Shown here: in pieces, positions 48,701 to 58,364 of the stretch
Layout of the letters: the number at the start of each line of letters is the position of its first letter
How positions within the stretch are numbered: position 1 is the first letter of the stretch
From: a virus
Taxonomy: Duplodnaviria > Caudoviricetes
Reading direction: 5' to 3' (one strand)
IMG/VR virus record: IMGVR_UViG_3300028048_000068
Span: 32,001-96,000 of that record
Length of the DNA stretch: 64,000 nt
Notes under the pieces: model-generated
Databases searched by the model: none
Seen by the model: the letters and a program-made list of their open reading frames with translations, nothing else
Told to the model about the DNA's origin: nothing
Made by a program: the position numbers and the translations under genes

Positions 48701-49723
48701 CCAAAAATTCTTTAAAAAAGGAACCCTTTCTCCCCAATATGTTATGGCCCAATTCCAATCAAACATATTATACGTTTTCCAATTTAATCTTGGAATTTTT
48801 AATGGCTTCATTAACGAATAATCTTCACACTTATCTCTAATTTCTTCAATTGTCTGATAAGCTGATTGAAGAACTTCTTCACCCATTTCCTTTTCCATAT
48901 ATTCGCGCACTTCTTCATCACTCATAAGATAGGTTGTTGCATAGAAATCGTCGACCTCTCTATCTCCTTGTTGTGAGTTTAAAAATGCTTTATGAATTGG
49001 TCTATCTGCCTTTTTCAAATAATGGGCATCATTCGTTATTATATACTTAATTCCTAACTCTGCGCCCAGCTCAACAAGTTTATGATTCACATAAATCTGG
49101 TCTTTATTAAACGATGGCTGCATTTCAAAATAGAAATCGTCTACTCCAAAAATACTCTGCATCTGTTGAATCCATCTTTTGATTAAATCCATCGAAGGCG
49201 CGCCAGTATCTCTATTACGGATAAGCTGAGTCGGAAGGCATCCTCCCAAACATGCCGTACATCCAATTACATGACCTGGATTAGCTCCAATTATATCAAT
49301 TAAATCTTGATAATAAGTCGGAACTCTTCTCATTCCACGAGTTACATAACTCTTCATCCATGCACGCGAAGAGACCTCGCGGATTTGTTTATGTCCCTCA
49401 AGGTCTTTTGCAAGTAATATGAAATGAAAATATCTGTCTGTTTCTTTTTTATAATTTTGATTATTTAATCCGTTTCTTACAAGATAAATTTCGTTTCCTC
49501 TAATAAGTTTGAAATTCGGATTATTTTTCTTGATTTTATTATAATATTTTTCTGCACGAATGTGCGATGCGATTGTGTCGTGTTCGGTAATTGCTACTCC
49601 ACTATGACCCAATTCGATTGCGTAATCTATAAGACCCTCGACCGTGTTTATGCTATCGCGCAAACGAAAGTTCGAAAAATCTGTGTGATTATGCAGACTT
49701 AAAGGGTATCTTAGTCTATCCAT
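45716..49723 (-). CDS. dnaE: DNA polymerase III alpha subunit (family C)
   Basis: PHP domain HNHTDFS, GRGSG, DVDID, HAGG, KYDIL, GFN.SH. Confidence 0.95.
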   Translation of the reverse strand: MDRLRYPLSLHNHTDFSNFRLRDSINTVEGLIDYAIELGHSGVAITEHDTIASHIRAEKYYNKIKKNNPNFKLIRGNEIYLVRNGLNNQNYKKETDRYFHFILLAKDLEGHKQIREVSSRAWMKSYVTRGMRRVPTYYQDLIDIIGANPGHVIGCTACLGGCLPTQLIRNRDTGAPSMDLIKRWIQQMQSIFGVDDFYFEMQPSFNKDQIYVNHKLVELGAELGIKYIITNDAHYLKKADRPIHKAFLNSQQGDREVDDFYATTYLMSDEEVREYMEKEMGEEVLQSAYQTIEEIRDKCEDYSLMKPLKIPRLNWKTYNMFDWNWAITYWGERVPFLKNFWNSEYSEDRRLAEAIIYKISKYHEFQNKRTLDEINACLEDTWISSEVNGSRWSAYFLNLQNIIDACWDAGTLVGCGRGSGVGFILLYLLGITQINPLREKSQTKRWRFLNPERVSVLDVDIDIEGGRRAEVLKSFRNIYGEDRVANVLTLKTEKSKSAIQTACRGLGIDNDIAAYLSSFIQADRGQLRTLKQTFYGDPDNGMSASVQFRTEMEENYPEVWRVAQGIEGLINGCGIHAGGVIFVDEPFTESTALMRAPKGEIITQFDLHDAEDTGLIKYDILSVEALDKIHNCIDLICEYGYEEREATLKETYEKIIGIYNLERDSKEMWEMCWNHKVMSLFQMEKQSGISGIAAMKPTSVDDLAILNSAIRLMATEKGGEMPVNKLARFKAHPSDWDYELKKYGLGAEAKEILEPVLSTSYGLCIAQEQFMQLVQLPELGGFNLTWADKLRKSIAKKNPAEYDKLTDEYFKTIKEKGLDEKLCTYVWNVLIAMSKGYGFNLSHTLAYSLIGLQELNLAYKYPTILWDCACLISDSGGAEKESEDDDEGTDREDVGETTYDLSMGVFEDSDDDDEDESDISESKSKKKPAKSANYGKIATAIGKMSHEGVSIVATDINQSKYTFSPDIDNNRIVYGLSGITKVGDEIVKQIMENRPYKNIEDFLSKIKINKPQMINLIKSGAFDGLYGGDRIKAMNVYIDLIADKKKRITLQNMKMLIDFGLIPEEYDLQCRVYNFNKYLKKFKFGNSYGLDDIALGFYSYNFDMDLLMVSSEPQYIFQIKQTDWDKIYKKQMDIIRPFIQKNNEELLNKVNNRLRQDLWDKYCLGNISQWEMDSISCYIHDHELKKLKNSLYGISSFNKLPNEPIVDYTFPSKDGRRIPMFKICRIAGTVLDRDKNKKTVTLLTNDSVVTVKIFGDAFTHYDKQISIRRADGTKKVVEKSYFSRGNKIIVTGIKKDETNFLAKKYSKTPYSLVEKITYIREDGTIETTSERAEAE

Positions 49724-49775
49724 TCACATTTACTCCTTTTCTTTTATTTTATATTATAATTATATCAGATTTTTA

Positions 49776-49961
49776 TTAATTTGTCAAATTAAAATAGTCT
49801 TTATATAGAAAATATATTTCTAAATCTTCTTTTGAAGGATAAATCCAGCCATCGTGTATTCCAATACACAAATATCGTAAATTAGTTTTATATTGAGCTG
49901 GCATTGGATAAAATCCACCAAATTCAATTGTGGGGTATTTCTTTTTAAATAAGTTAAACAT
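49776..49961 (-). CDS. Hypothetical protein
   Basis: Operon spacing. Confidence 0.55.
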   Translation of the reverse strand: MFNLFKKKYPTIEFGGFYPMPAQYKTNLRYLCIGIHDGWIYPSKEDLEIYFLYKDYFNLTN

Positions 49962-49963
49962 AA

Positions 49964-50191
49964 CTAAAATACCTTTGTCATATAATATAATTCTAAATCT
50001 TTTTTAAAATTTTCATATTCAAGTTGTAATTGTTCTATTTTATTCTTCCATTCTTTAGCTTCATCAATTCTACCTTGTCGATAGCCTTCTTCATAAACTT
50101 GACGCAGATGATAACCTTCTTCAAAAGCTTTATGTAAACCATCTGTAATATTATTTTTATCACAAGTTATTATTGCCATAGCTAACCTCAT
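49964..50191 (-). CDS. Hypothetical protein
   Basis: Operon spacing; YEEGY..G motif. Confidence 0.6.
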   Translation of the reverse strand: MRLAMAIITCDKNNITDGLHKAFEEGYHLRQVYEEGYRQGRIDEAKEWKNKIEQLQLEYENFKKDLELYYMTKVF

Positions 50192-50406
50192 TAATCAGTA
50201 ATTAATTTTTCTCTTAAAGAAAAATTCATAGTATGATATTTTTTATATGTCATATAAATATAGAAATATCCAAATAATGCTCCTACCAATGTTGAATATC
50301 CTGCATATAATGGTTGTCCTTGACAGCAAGCTATTACATAGAATTTACAATCGGTTGGTTTGGTCATATTTAACTGTTTCATAATTAATACCCTGCTTGT
50401 TGCCAT
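50191..50406 (-). CDS. Hypothetical protein
   Basis: Operon spacing. Confidence 0.55.
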   Translation of the reverse strand: MATSRVLIMKQLNMTKPTDCKFYVIACCQGQPLYAGYSTLVGALFGYFYIYMTYKKYHTMNFSLREKLITD

Positions 50407-50585
50407 TTACATTTTGGACATTTATAAGTATATTGTGGTGGATAACTTGTTAAAACCAAACTCATATTTTTATATATAAAATCTCCACAGTTTGGACATT
50501 CTATGTCTGTTTTTATCCATGTTTGATTGTCATTAAAAAGAAAATGCTCTCTTTGTCTTTCTGCTTGATAATCATACCAGTTCAT
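50385..50585 (-). CDS. Small zinc-ribbon protein
   Basis: CPNCG...LTSYPPQY.YKCPKC. Confidence 0.75.
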   Translation of the reverse strand: MNWYDYQAERQREHFLFNDNQTWIKTDIECPNCGDFIYKNMSLVLTSYPPQYTYKCPKCKWQQAGY

Positions 50586-50587
50586 AA

Positions 50588-52354
50588 TTAAAACCCCAAT
50601 GTTCCATCTTCAATTTGATAATTACTTATAAAAATTTGTGGAGTATAATTCCCCATCCACTCATTTAAATTTGCTCTACCAACGACTTCTAATTTTACAT
50701 CGCCATCATACTTTTCCAATTCTTCAATAAATTCTTTCGCATGAAACTTCATATAAGCAATCCCAAACTTGGTAATTTTAACTGTATCTTGGTTCTTGCC
50801 CATAATCTGTATATCACGCTTTGTTATATTAATGTCTTTAATATGAATTAAAGGCTCATTATTTTGCTGACCCCAAATATCTTCATGGCTTGCGATATCT
50901 ACAATTAAATCTTCAATATCTGTATCTGCAGCGATTCTTTCGAAGTTCACTTCATACCATGACTCACCAAAATCTACATTTTCAAGTTCTTTATTTGCAT
51001 ATTCATGGAAAGCCGCTAAATTCTTATCTAAAATACCTATGCCGCACGCATTATCATGGCCCGCAGTAAAGGTGAAATAACCACTATTATCCATGAAGTT
51101 CTTAAAAGATGTAAGTTCCGATTCATTTAAACCCCTGCTTGACCCTTTAATTTCGCCCTCATCATTAAGACGTGCCACTATGGTTGGCTTCTTATACTTC
51201 GCGCTCAACTTCATAGCAACAAGTCCATTTAACTCCGGTGGAAATTGGTCATCTTCTTCCAACCTAACAAATAATACTTTATTCGAAAGTAAATCGTGTT
51301 TTGCAATTTTAATTTCAAGTTCTTCAACTGCCTTATCGAGTATGCGATTCTGCTTCGCACGCGCATTTGTACACTCGCGCGCAGATTCAATTGCGACTTC
51401 TTCGTAGGTTCCCTTTGCACCACGCTTATGAGATTCTACCATTGCATGACCGTCGATAAAGGCTTGAAAACAGCGTTGTTTTTCGTCTTCTGCGCCAGCT
51501 CTAATCATCGCATTGATAAGTGGAGTTATATAGAAGGCTACGCTAATTGGATTGACTTTGCCGCCCATTGAGAAGGATTGTTTTTCGCATAATGCTTTAA
51601 AGAAATAATTTTTGATATTAGCAAGTCCTGTGTGTACGATATATCTATTCTCAAGCGATAACATCGACATCATATCACTTATCAAACCAAGTGCAGCCAG
51701 GTCGATAAATTCATCTGCATAAGAAGTGCCTTCACACCTATCTACATATCTACAAAACTGCCATGTTACACCCGCGCCGCATAAATCTTTATTTTTATAG
51801 TCATCAGACAACTGATTATTAACGATAACAGCATGCGATGAGAATTTAGTATCTGGCTCTACTATATGGTGGTCTAGAATAAGAAATTGCGGTATTATTT
51901 CATCCTTCTCTCTTGAAGATACTATTTTTTCCATATATTCATAATCATTACTTCCTGCATCTGGAAGCACTACGTAAGAAGGATAAGTATTAGCTACTTC
52001 TTCATATGTATCTGAAAGACCATGACCTTTTGCATTATGAAGAATTGGTACTATATTTACTTCTTGATTGAATTTACGTAGATATTGTATGAATATGGCG
52101 GCCGAGGTAAATCCATCTACATCACTATCTACGACGACTGTAATTGTTTCGTCTTTTGAAGCAACTGTCATATTTTTAAACATTGCCCATGCGCGGTCTA
52201 TATTAGTGAGCCATTTTGGATTTTGCAGATAGTCATCGTTTGGTACTTCAAGGAAGTATTTAATTTCGTCTTCGCTTAACCCGCGCTCTTTAAGTAACTC
52301 AATTGTATAGTTGTTTCTTATGTCTTTATTTACAAGTTTAGTCTTCATTCGCAT
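50588..52354 (-). CDS. recJ: RecJ-like ssDNA exonuclease (DHH family)
   Basis: DSDVDGFTS, DHH, GAGV, GHDNACG. Confidence 0.9.
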   Translation of the reverse strand: MRMKTKLVNKDIRNNYTIELLKERGLSEDEIKYFLEVPNDDYLQNPKWLTNIDRAWAMFKNMTVASKDETITVVVDSDVDGFTSAAIFIQYLRKFNQEVNIVPILHNAKGHGLSDTYEEVANTYPSYVVLPDAGSNDYEYMEKIVSSREKDEIIPQFLILDHHIVEPDTKFSSHAVIVNNQLSDDYKNKDLCGAGVTWQFCRYVDRCEGTSYADEFIDLAALGLISDMMSMLSLENRYIVHTGLANIKNYFFKALCEKQSFSMGGKVNPISVAFYITPLINAMIRAGAEDEKQRCFQAFIDGHAMVESHKRGAKGTYEEVAIESARECTNARAKQNRILDKAVEELEIKIAKHDLLSNKVLFVRLEEDDQFPPELNGLVAMKLSAKYKKPTIVARLNDEGEIKGSSRGLNESELTSFKNFMDNSGYFTFTAGHDNACGIGILDKNLAAFHEYANKELENVDFGESWYEVNFERIAADTDIEDLIVDIASHEDIWGQQNNEPLIHIKDINITKRDIQIMGKNQDTVKITKFGIAYMKFHAKEFIEELEKYDGDVKLEVVGRANLNEWMGNYTPQIFISNYQIEDGTLGF

Positions 52355-52550
52355 CTCCTACGTATTGTTTACATTTATTCATCAATAATCCAGACCACAC
52401 TAGTCCTTGTATGAAACCTTGTTTAAATTCTGGATTAGTATATGACATACTAGCTAAAATTTCTTCATATTTTTTTGACCCAATAAAGTCTAAAATGTAA
52501 GAAGCATATTCTGTTGTTTTAATATAATTGCACATCTTCATTAAAACCAA
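52338..52550 (-). CDS. Hypothetical protein
   Basis: Operon spacing. Confidence 0.55.
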   Translation of the reverse strand: MVLMKMCNYIKTTEYASYILDFIGSKKYEEILASMSYTNPEFKQGFIQGLVWSGLLMNKCKQYVGDANED

Positions 52551-52747
52551 ATCTCCTTATTCATATCGTGTTCTTCCTCATCTGCATTATTAATTATATC
52601 TATTAGTACAGATAAATGTTTAAGAATAGTTCCTGCTGAACATGCACTTGAAGAATCATCAATAGATTTTATCATATGTCCTAAATTATATTGGATAAGA
52701 CTAACTATATTTATTAATTGTTCTCTTTCTTTATTTGTTATCTTCAT
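52541..52747 (-). CDS. Hypothetical protein
   Basis: RBS GAGGT. Confidence 0.6.
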   Translation of the reverse strand: MKITNKEREQLINIVSLIQYNLGHMIKSIDDSSSACSAGTILKHLSVLIDIINNADEEEHDMNKEIWF

Positions 52748-52762
52748 TTTATTACCTCATAT

Positions 52763-53068
52763 TTAAATTATTCCTATTTTACGTGCATGTCTTACGTCAA
52801 ATTTTAAATGATTTTTTGTTTGTATAATGTAATCGGCATTGTCTATTAAATAAGCCACTATTTTAAAATTATTATTTAATAATACATCGCATCCAATACG
52901 CGTATGGAAATAATTTAACAAATCATTAATAGAACCACAGCAACTTAATAAATAACTTTCTTTATAACATTCTTCTATTGTTTTTGTGCTAAGAATGGAT
53001 GATTTTCCATCTCTTGTAAACCATGGACCATTTCCTTGTTCATCTTCAAATCTATATACTTCTATCAT
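52763..53068 (-). CDS. Hypothetical protein
   Basis: VYRFEDEQGNGP; overlaps the primase stop. Confidence 0.65.
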   Translation of the reverse strand: MIEVYRFEDEQGNGPWFTRDGKSSILSTKTIEECYKESYLLSCCGSINDLLNYFHTRIGCDVLLNNNFKIVAYLIDNADYIIQTKNHLKFDVRHARKIGII

Positions 53069-54117
53069 TTTACTCTTACTCTCCTTCTATAAAGCTTCCA
53101 AAAGATTTCACTTCCTTTATCCGTCGGTGAATCTTTCATATCTAACAAGTTTTCTCTATCGTATATAAATGAAAAGTCACAATAGTTCTGATATTTCTTT
53201 CCTATTTGCCACAGCTTATTAAAATAGTCTTCACTACCAAGCAACTCCTCTTTATCAAAACAAATTACGACTTCGCGCGGGTGTGCGGTTTGCATCAACA
53301 GTTTTAAAGCGTGTTTATTAAACTGACTTCCGCATACTGCGGTCGAGCAGTTCGCAAAATCCCACCCCTCCATTTGGAGTACAGATTTTTCTGCCTCTAC
53401 CAAGAAACACGTACCCGTTCGCTTTATGTTGTCTTTAGTCCAGTTCAATCCATACAGATTCAACGACAATGGATGACTATACCATTTACCTTCAATTTGT
53501 ACAGGCATATACTTACCCACATTCTCAATTTCCCATTCGTTGAGTGCGCGCCCTCGTATTCCAACAAGTTCACCTTTTGGATTATAATGTGGTATTATAA
53601 TCTTATTTTGTGGTACTGAATAACGTATATTAAATTTTTCCATACTCGTTTTAGTAATACCATCGTTTAACCACTCCGGAGGATAAAACTTTGTAAATAC
53701 ATCAATTATTCCATTCGGATATGTCGGAAGCTCTATACGCTCGGGCGCAGCGTACGTATCTCGTATACGCTGATACCTCTTCGGCGCAAAGCCGTCTGGC
53801 CTACGATAATTACTACAATCAAGAATTACCTTATATATATCTTGATACCAATCGTAATCATATCCTCTACACTCATAATAATGTTTAAGAAATTTAAAGA
53901 TTGACATATTACCACACTCTGTATAGCATACAAAGAGGTGATTATTTTCATAATAATATAATTTCATAGATGCTTCATCGGCATCTTCATTATGACAAAT
54001 AGTTGGAAAGATTACATATCCTGGTTTTTCAATATAATTATCTGCACCAAGTGTTTCCATTAATTGAATTACTTTTTGTGTATCTAATTGCTCAACTATA
54101 CCTTTATAATCAATCAA
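53065..54117 (-). CDS. DNA primase (Zn-binding plus TOPRIM)
   Basis: TICH..CYTECG; IIIP..G.LVGIRGR; LVEAEKS; FDKE. Confidence 0.85.
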   Translation of the reverse strand: MIDYKGIVEQLDTQKVIQLMETLGADNYIEKPGYVIFPTICHNEDADEASMKLYYYENNHLFVCYTECGNMSIFKFLKHYYECRGYDYDWYQDIYKVILDCSNYRRPDGFAPKRYQRIRDTYAAPERIELPTYPNGIIDVFTKFYPPEWLNDGITKTSMEKFNIRYSVPQNKIIIPHYNPKGELVGIRGRALNEWEIENVGKYMPVQIEGKWYSHPLSLNLYGLNWTKDNIKRTGTCFLVEAEKSVLQMEGWDFANCSTAVCGSQFNKHALKLLMQTAHPREVVICFDKEELLGSEDYFNKLWQIGKKYQNYCDFSFIYDRENLLDMKDSPTDKGSEIFWKLYRRRVRVK

Positions 54118-55681
54118 TTACTTCACCTTGATTTAACCTTTCTACTATTACCTTAAAATGTTCATCTTCAGAATCTTCCCAACTTTTAATATTATAATCA
54201 GTTCTTGTATAGAAGTCTTCAACTGGGTCCATTCGTGAATCTGTAATAAATAAATCTCTTTTCTTTAAAGTTCCCAAATTCATATCAGACCAAATTCTTA
54301 CCTGCGTCCATTCACCACTTCTGACTTTAAAAATATCAGTTACTAAGTTCGGTTTATTCTCTGGATGATTTTCATACAGCGGCGCGAGAACCTCTAATTC
54401 TTCCTTTGTTGGTCTTGCCATAATCGCACCATTATCAGCTTTATTAATTGTACTGCGGCCGCCCGCTAATGAACCTTCATTTCTTATATCTTTATTGTCA
54501 TCACCTTTTGCATTAAGCTGGGTTGACGTAAACATAGCCACATCCAACTCAACAGCTAAATCTTTTAGCGCCGTTGCAAACATCAACAATACCTCATCGT
54601 TTCTTAACGCAAAACCTTTAAATTCATTTAACAATGATGGTCCAATAAATATATAGTCATAAAATACATAACCTATATCATATACAATACAATTTTCTCT
54701 CACAATTGTTTTAACTGACTCAATTGTTGGATTCGGCATTTTAACAAGAATTAAATTATTATATTTTTCCATCAGTGCAATTGCTTGTGTTATTACTCCA
54801 CGCTCTCTATCAGAAAAATCTGCATATTTAAATCTTGTTGCATTTATATCTGTTAAGTAAGCCAAAATCATTGTTCTGACTTCTTTAAATCTTTGCTCTG
54901 TTACAATAAATAAAACCTTTTCACAATTTCCAACCTGTTCCCATTCACAAGTCGTACTATTATATCTAATCGGATAAGCCAAATAACACGCATCAGCTAC
55001 CGCATTTCTTGTCTTACCTACACCAGATGCGGCCGACCTAATTGTTAAAGTTCCTTTCTTTGCTCCATCAATAACTTGGTTAAAAATTTCTCCCTGTATC
55101 GGCATACCAATTTCATACGCCGCGCCAAGTTCATCGACTAATGTGTTCATTCCTTGAGCTGCAGATTCAACTTCTATTTCATCAGTTGTTTCATATTTGG
55201 CTTCAACACCTAATAATTTTTTTCTAACTGCATCAGTTATCAGTTTCGGACTTAACATATTAAAAGCCTGGTTAATTTCTTCGGCTTTTGGATTTAATAA
55301 ATCTTCGCAATAAAATTCGCTTGTATCAAAACCCTGCTTTTTTAAGTCCTTAAGTAAATTAAACATCTTAAAACGATTATAATAGAAGTCAAAATTATCA
55401 ACTTCTGATAACTCTATTATATCTTGCAGATATTCAATTCCATTTTTGTCTTTAAATAATTTTGCCGATACTTGGTCTGGTTCTATAAAATTTTCTATAT
55501 CTATAGGTTGTATTTTTGTTGCTCCGTTTCTATACAACCCATTAATTGCCATAAAAATTGACCGCTCGAATCTTGAAGGAAAATCAGTTAGAATGAATGA
55601 ATATTTATCTATTTCACTCAATAACTGCGGTTTCTTCATCAAACAGCCGAGTATCTGTTGAGTATCTCGTTTATCTATCAT
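54110..55681 (-). CDS. dnaB: DnaB-like replicative helicase
   Basis: SAASGVGKTR, FYDYI, STQLN, KADNG, KVRSG. Confidence 0.85.
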   Translation of the reverse strand: MIDKRDTQQILGCLMKKPQLLSEIDKYSFILTDFPSRFERSIFMAINGLYRNGATKIQPIDIENFIEPDQVSAKLFKDKNGIEYLQDIIELSEVDNFDFYYNRFKMFNLLKDLKKQGFDTSEFYCEDLLNPKAEEINQAFNMLSPKLITDAVRKKLLGVEAKYETTDEIEVESAAQGMNTLVDELGAAYEIGMPIQGEIFNQVIDGAKKGTLTIRSAASGVGKTRNAVADACYLAYPIRYNSTTCEWEQVGNCEKVLFIVTEQRFKEVRTMILAYLTDINATRFKYADFSDRERGVITQAIALMEKYNNLILVKMPNPTIESVKTIVRENCIVYDIGYVFYDYIFIGPSLLNEFKGFALRNDEVLLMFATALKDLAVELDVAMFTSTQLNAKGDDNKDIRNEGSLAGGRSTINKADNGAIMARPTKEELEVLAPLYENHPENKPNLVTDIFKVRSGEWTQVRIWSDMNLGTLKKRDLFITDSRMDPVEDFYTRTDYNIKSWEDSEDEHFKVIVERLNQGEVID

Positions 55682-55896
55682 TTTCTAACTTTACCCTCTT
55701 TATAAAATTCTATATTAAACCACAGCCACATAAATTGACATGAATATGTAATACCACCATTTTTGAGTTGACTAATTTCAATGGTCGGAAGAAGATAAAT
55801 AGATTTATAATAGGTTTTCCAACTAATACCACGTCTTCTATTACGAAAAATCATATTATTCCTCGTCCTCCAAATCATCCAACACACTAAAATCAA
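55678..55896 (-). CDS. Hypothetical protein (true start probably ~55855)
   Basis: Fills the gap between genes. Confidence 0.5.
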   Translation of the reverse strand: MILVCWMIWRTRNNMIFRNRRRGISWKTYYKSIYLLPTIEISQLKNGGITYSCQFMWLWFNIEFYKEGKVRK

Positions 55897-56371
55897 CCTG
55901 ATGTTTCGTTTTAGGTTTTTTAGTTACACTAACTTTAGTTCTTTCTGCAGCTGCGCGCATCTGACGTTCAATCTCTGCGATTGTTCCAGCAGACTGACGT
56001 TCTCGCGCGGCCCAGTACGCACAAGCATCACTGTATATAAAAGGAACTATACCAATTCCGCCATGTCCTTTTTCCCAATCACCGTGCTTTATCTCATAAA
56101 AATATTTCAATGCAAATAAGATGCCCTTATTGGTCATCTTCTCTTTTAAAAACTTTTTACGCTGTGCTTCACACACCCAATAATCATACGCAGCTTTGAG
56201 GTCGCGCGCGATAAAGTCATAAATTAAATCTACATAATCTTCATCATTGTCGGGTTGTGCTTTCTTCCAATTCTTATAACACTGCCTATGGTAATAGTAA
56301 TTACGCGACGGCATAATCCAATCATCTTTTTCTTTGTCTATTTCAATATTACAAATCCTACATTTTGCCAT
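55856..56371 (-). CDS. Zn-binding replication-associated hypothetical protein
   Basis: CRIC...YYHRQC; GIGIVP.IY. Confidence 0.7.
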   Translation of the reverse strand: MAKCRICNIEIDKEKDDWIMPSRNYYYHRQCYKNWKKAQPDNDEDYVDLIYDFIARDLKAAYDYWVCEAQRKKFLKEKMTNKGILFALKYFYEIKHGDWEKGHGGIGIVPFIYSDACAYWAARERQSAGTIAEIERQMRAAAERTKVSVTKKPKTKHQVDFSVLDDLEDEE

Positions 56372-56462
56372 ATCAAAACTCCTTTCTTCTTTATTATATT
56401 ATAACACAAAAATGAAAATAAGTCAAATTTAAAAAGAGTAGGCTTAACCTACTCTTTCTAAT

Positions 56463-57431
56463 TTATTTAACCATATCTCTCATTTCAAGTAATACTAAGA
56501 AGAAAGGCTCTTTTTGGTCTTCGGTTATCTCTGATAACTTAAGTTTTCTACCAAAAATCATTTCAACTTTCTTTAAAACACGCTCTGCATTAGCCGGATC
56601 GGCGTTAACTAATTTTGCCCAAATCTGTTGGGCCTCATCACGTATCTCAGTGAAGCTAAGTTCTTCTTCTACTTTCTTTTCGAGCTTGTCTACTACTGTC
56701 GCGCCATCAAGGTCTCTCTGTTTATCAATAGCCTCATTAATTGCTTCAACAAGTTCATCATAACCAAGCTTAATCTTTGGCGCAAGATACGGGAATCGAC
56801 TGCCCGCCATAACGGTTGGAGTCTGTCTAGTATACAGCCACCTATGGCTATTACCATCTTCATCCCATTCAGTAGCAATATAACCAATAATATCTACTAT
56901 TTGATTTACTACTTCATAGCAACGCTTTGGCATCGACGGAGCAAGAATTTCAATCTCACTATCATCAGCAGTCTTTTCTTTTCTTGTCTCAATATGAGAG
57001 ATAAGAACTAGACCATAGCCAAGCATTGTTATTTTTCTTAAACAAGTTTCAAACTCTTTTTTAGCCAGAGTCCAACCCTGACCCCAAGGAATATCACGAA
57101 TTGACTGAACTCCATTCTGGCTGCATACAAACTGTTCACACATTTCATACGCAATAGTAGTTGTATCAATTGTAATCGTATCATACATAGCCTGAGCTTC
57201 TGGTTTCTCTAATTGCCTTAAAACCTGACGAAATTCTGACCACTTATTAATATCAACGGCCTTAATTCCATCAATGGCATTATAGCCTTTCTCAAAAGCA
57301 ATTAAAAGATTTTTAGGAAACCGGGAAGCCATAGTAGTCTTCCCGGTTTTAGGCTTACCATATAAAAGTAAATACTTACCTTTTAAATCTCTAGAAATAA
57401 CCGTAGGCTCAATGGATAAAATATCAATCAT
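56463..57431 (-). CDS. AAA ATPase (AAA_24/Sak4-like recombination protein)
   Basis: YGKPKTGKTT, FEKG, IDT, ISH. Confidence 0.85.
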   Translation of the reverse strand: MIDILSIEPTVISRDLKGKYLLLYGKPKTGKTTMASRFPKNLLIAFEKGYNAIDGIKAVDINKWSEFRQVLRQLEKPEAQAMYDTITIDTTTIAYEMCEQFVCSQNGVQSIRDIPWGQGWTLAKKEFETCLRKITMLGYGLVLISHIETRKEKTADDSEIEILAPSMPKRCYEVVNQIVDIIGYIATEWDEDGNSHRWLYTRQTPTVMAGSRFPYLAPKIKLGYDELVEAINEAIDKQRDLDGATVVDKLEKKVEEELSFTEIRDEAQQIWAKLVNADPANAERVLKKVEMIFGRKLKLSEITEDQKEPFFLVLLEMRDMVK

Positions 57432-57446
57432 TGAAGCCCACCTCCA

Positions 57447-58364
57447 TTAAAATCCAAGGTCAGCGAATCCATTCTTTGGAGACTGCTGCGGTGCCTGTCT
57501 TGTAGCAGCTCTGGACATATCTCTGTCCTTCTGCTTCTCAAGTCTAATCTTTCTTTCTGCAAGAGCGTTCTGAATCTCTGCATTATCGAAAGCATAATCA
57601 CCCTCAAGTGGCTCCTGCGAACCGCCAGTGATGATAAGGTCACTTCTATTAATGGTTCTTGTCTTCTCAATTGGCTCACCAAAGTCAACTTCCTCGATAA
57701 TTGTCTCAGTTGTTGCAGAGAAATCAAGTCTACCGTTTGCCTTAACAGTATTACCAACTTCCCAATAAGTAGATACTGCGCTGATTACGCCCTCACTCTG
57801 TGCGAACATAGGAACGACATCGACCTTTCCACCATACTGTGGAATAATTGCGTCAATTCTATATCTACCTGTAGCCTCTCCATTTCTATCAATCTCTTCA
57901 CTCTTGTTAGCAACTACAAACTCTGCTGTATAAGTTGCCTCTGGCTTGCACTCAGCCTTGGAAATACGATTGACAAACGAAGCATTAATTCTTGGGAAGG
58001 AAATAAGTCTACCGTCTGCACTATAATACTCGTTCATACGAATACTTGCATTAGTAATACGAACTCTATCTGCGCCATCTTCACCATTGTCAGATGCTGC
58101 GATACTTACATACTCGTCAGCAATTTTCTTAATTGACTCATATGCTGGGTTCGGTGTACCCTTATTTGTCAGCTTCGAAGCAAACATGTGAACCGGAATA
58201 GCCAGTTCCTTTTCTTCTCCACTAATCTTCTGAGTAACCTTAACTGTAATCGAACCGCCAATAGATTCTACTGTCTGTCCATTCTTATTAAATGAACCTG
58301 GCTTAATATCAATTTCAGCGAGAATTCCTTCTATCTTTGCCCTGTTTTCTGCTTGTCTTAACAT
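57447..58364 (-). CDS. Putative single-stranded DNA-binding protein
   Basis: Adjacent to the AAA ATPase; high-expression codons; C-terminal DLGF tail. Confidence 0.65.
   Translation of the reverse strand: MLRQAENRAKIEGILAEIDIKPGSFNKNGQTVESIGGSITVKVTQKISGEEKELAIPVHMFASKLTNKGTPNPAYESIKKIADEYVSIAASDNGEDGADRVRITNASIRMNEYYSADGRLISFPRINASFVNRISKAECKPEATYTAEFVVANKSEEIDRNGEATGRYRIDAIIPQYGGKVDVVPMFAQSEGVISAVSTYWEVGNTVKANGRLDFSATTETIIEEVDFGEPIEKTRTINRSDLIITGGSQEPLEGDYAFDNAEIQNALAERKIRLEKQKDRDMSRAATRQAPQQSPKNGFADLGF

Noticed and set aside
45716-49723. Intein in DnaE
   Set aside because: No C/S...HN-C/S/T splice motifs or LAGLIDADG blocks were seen; the extra length is an acidic low-complexity insertion.
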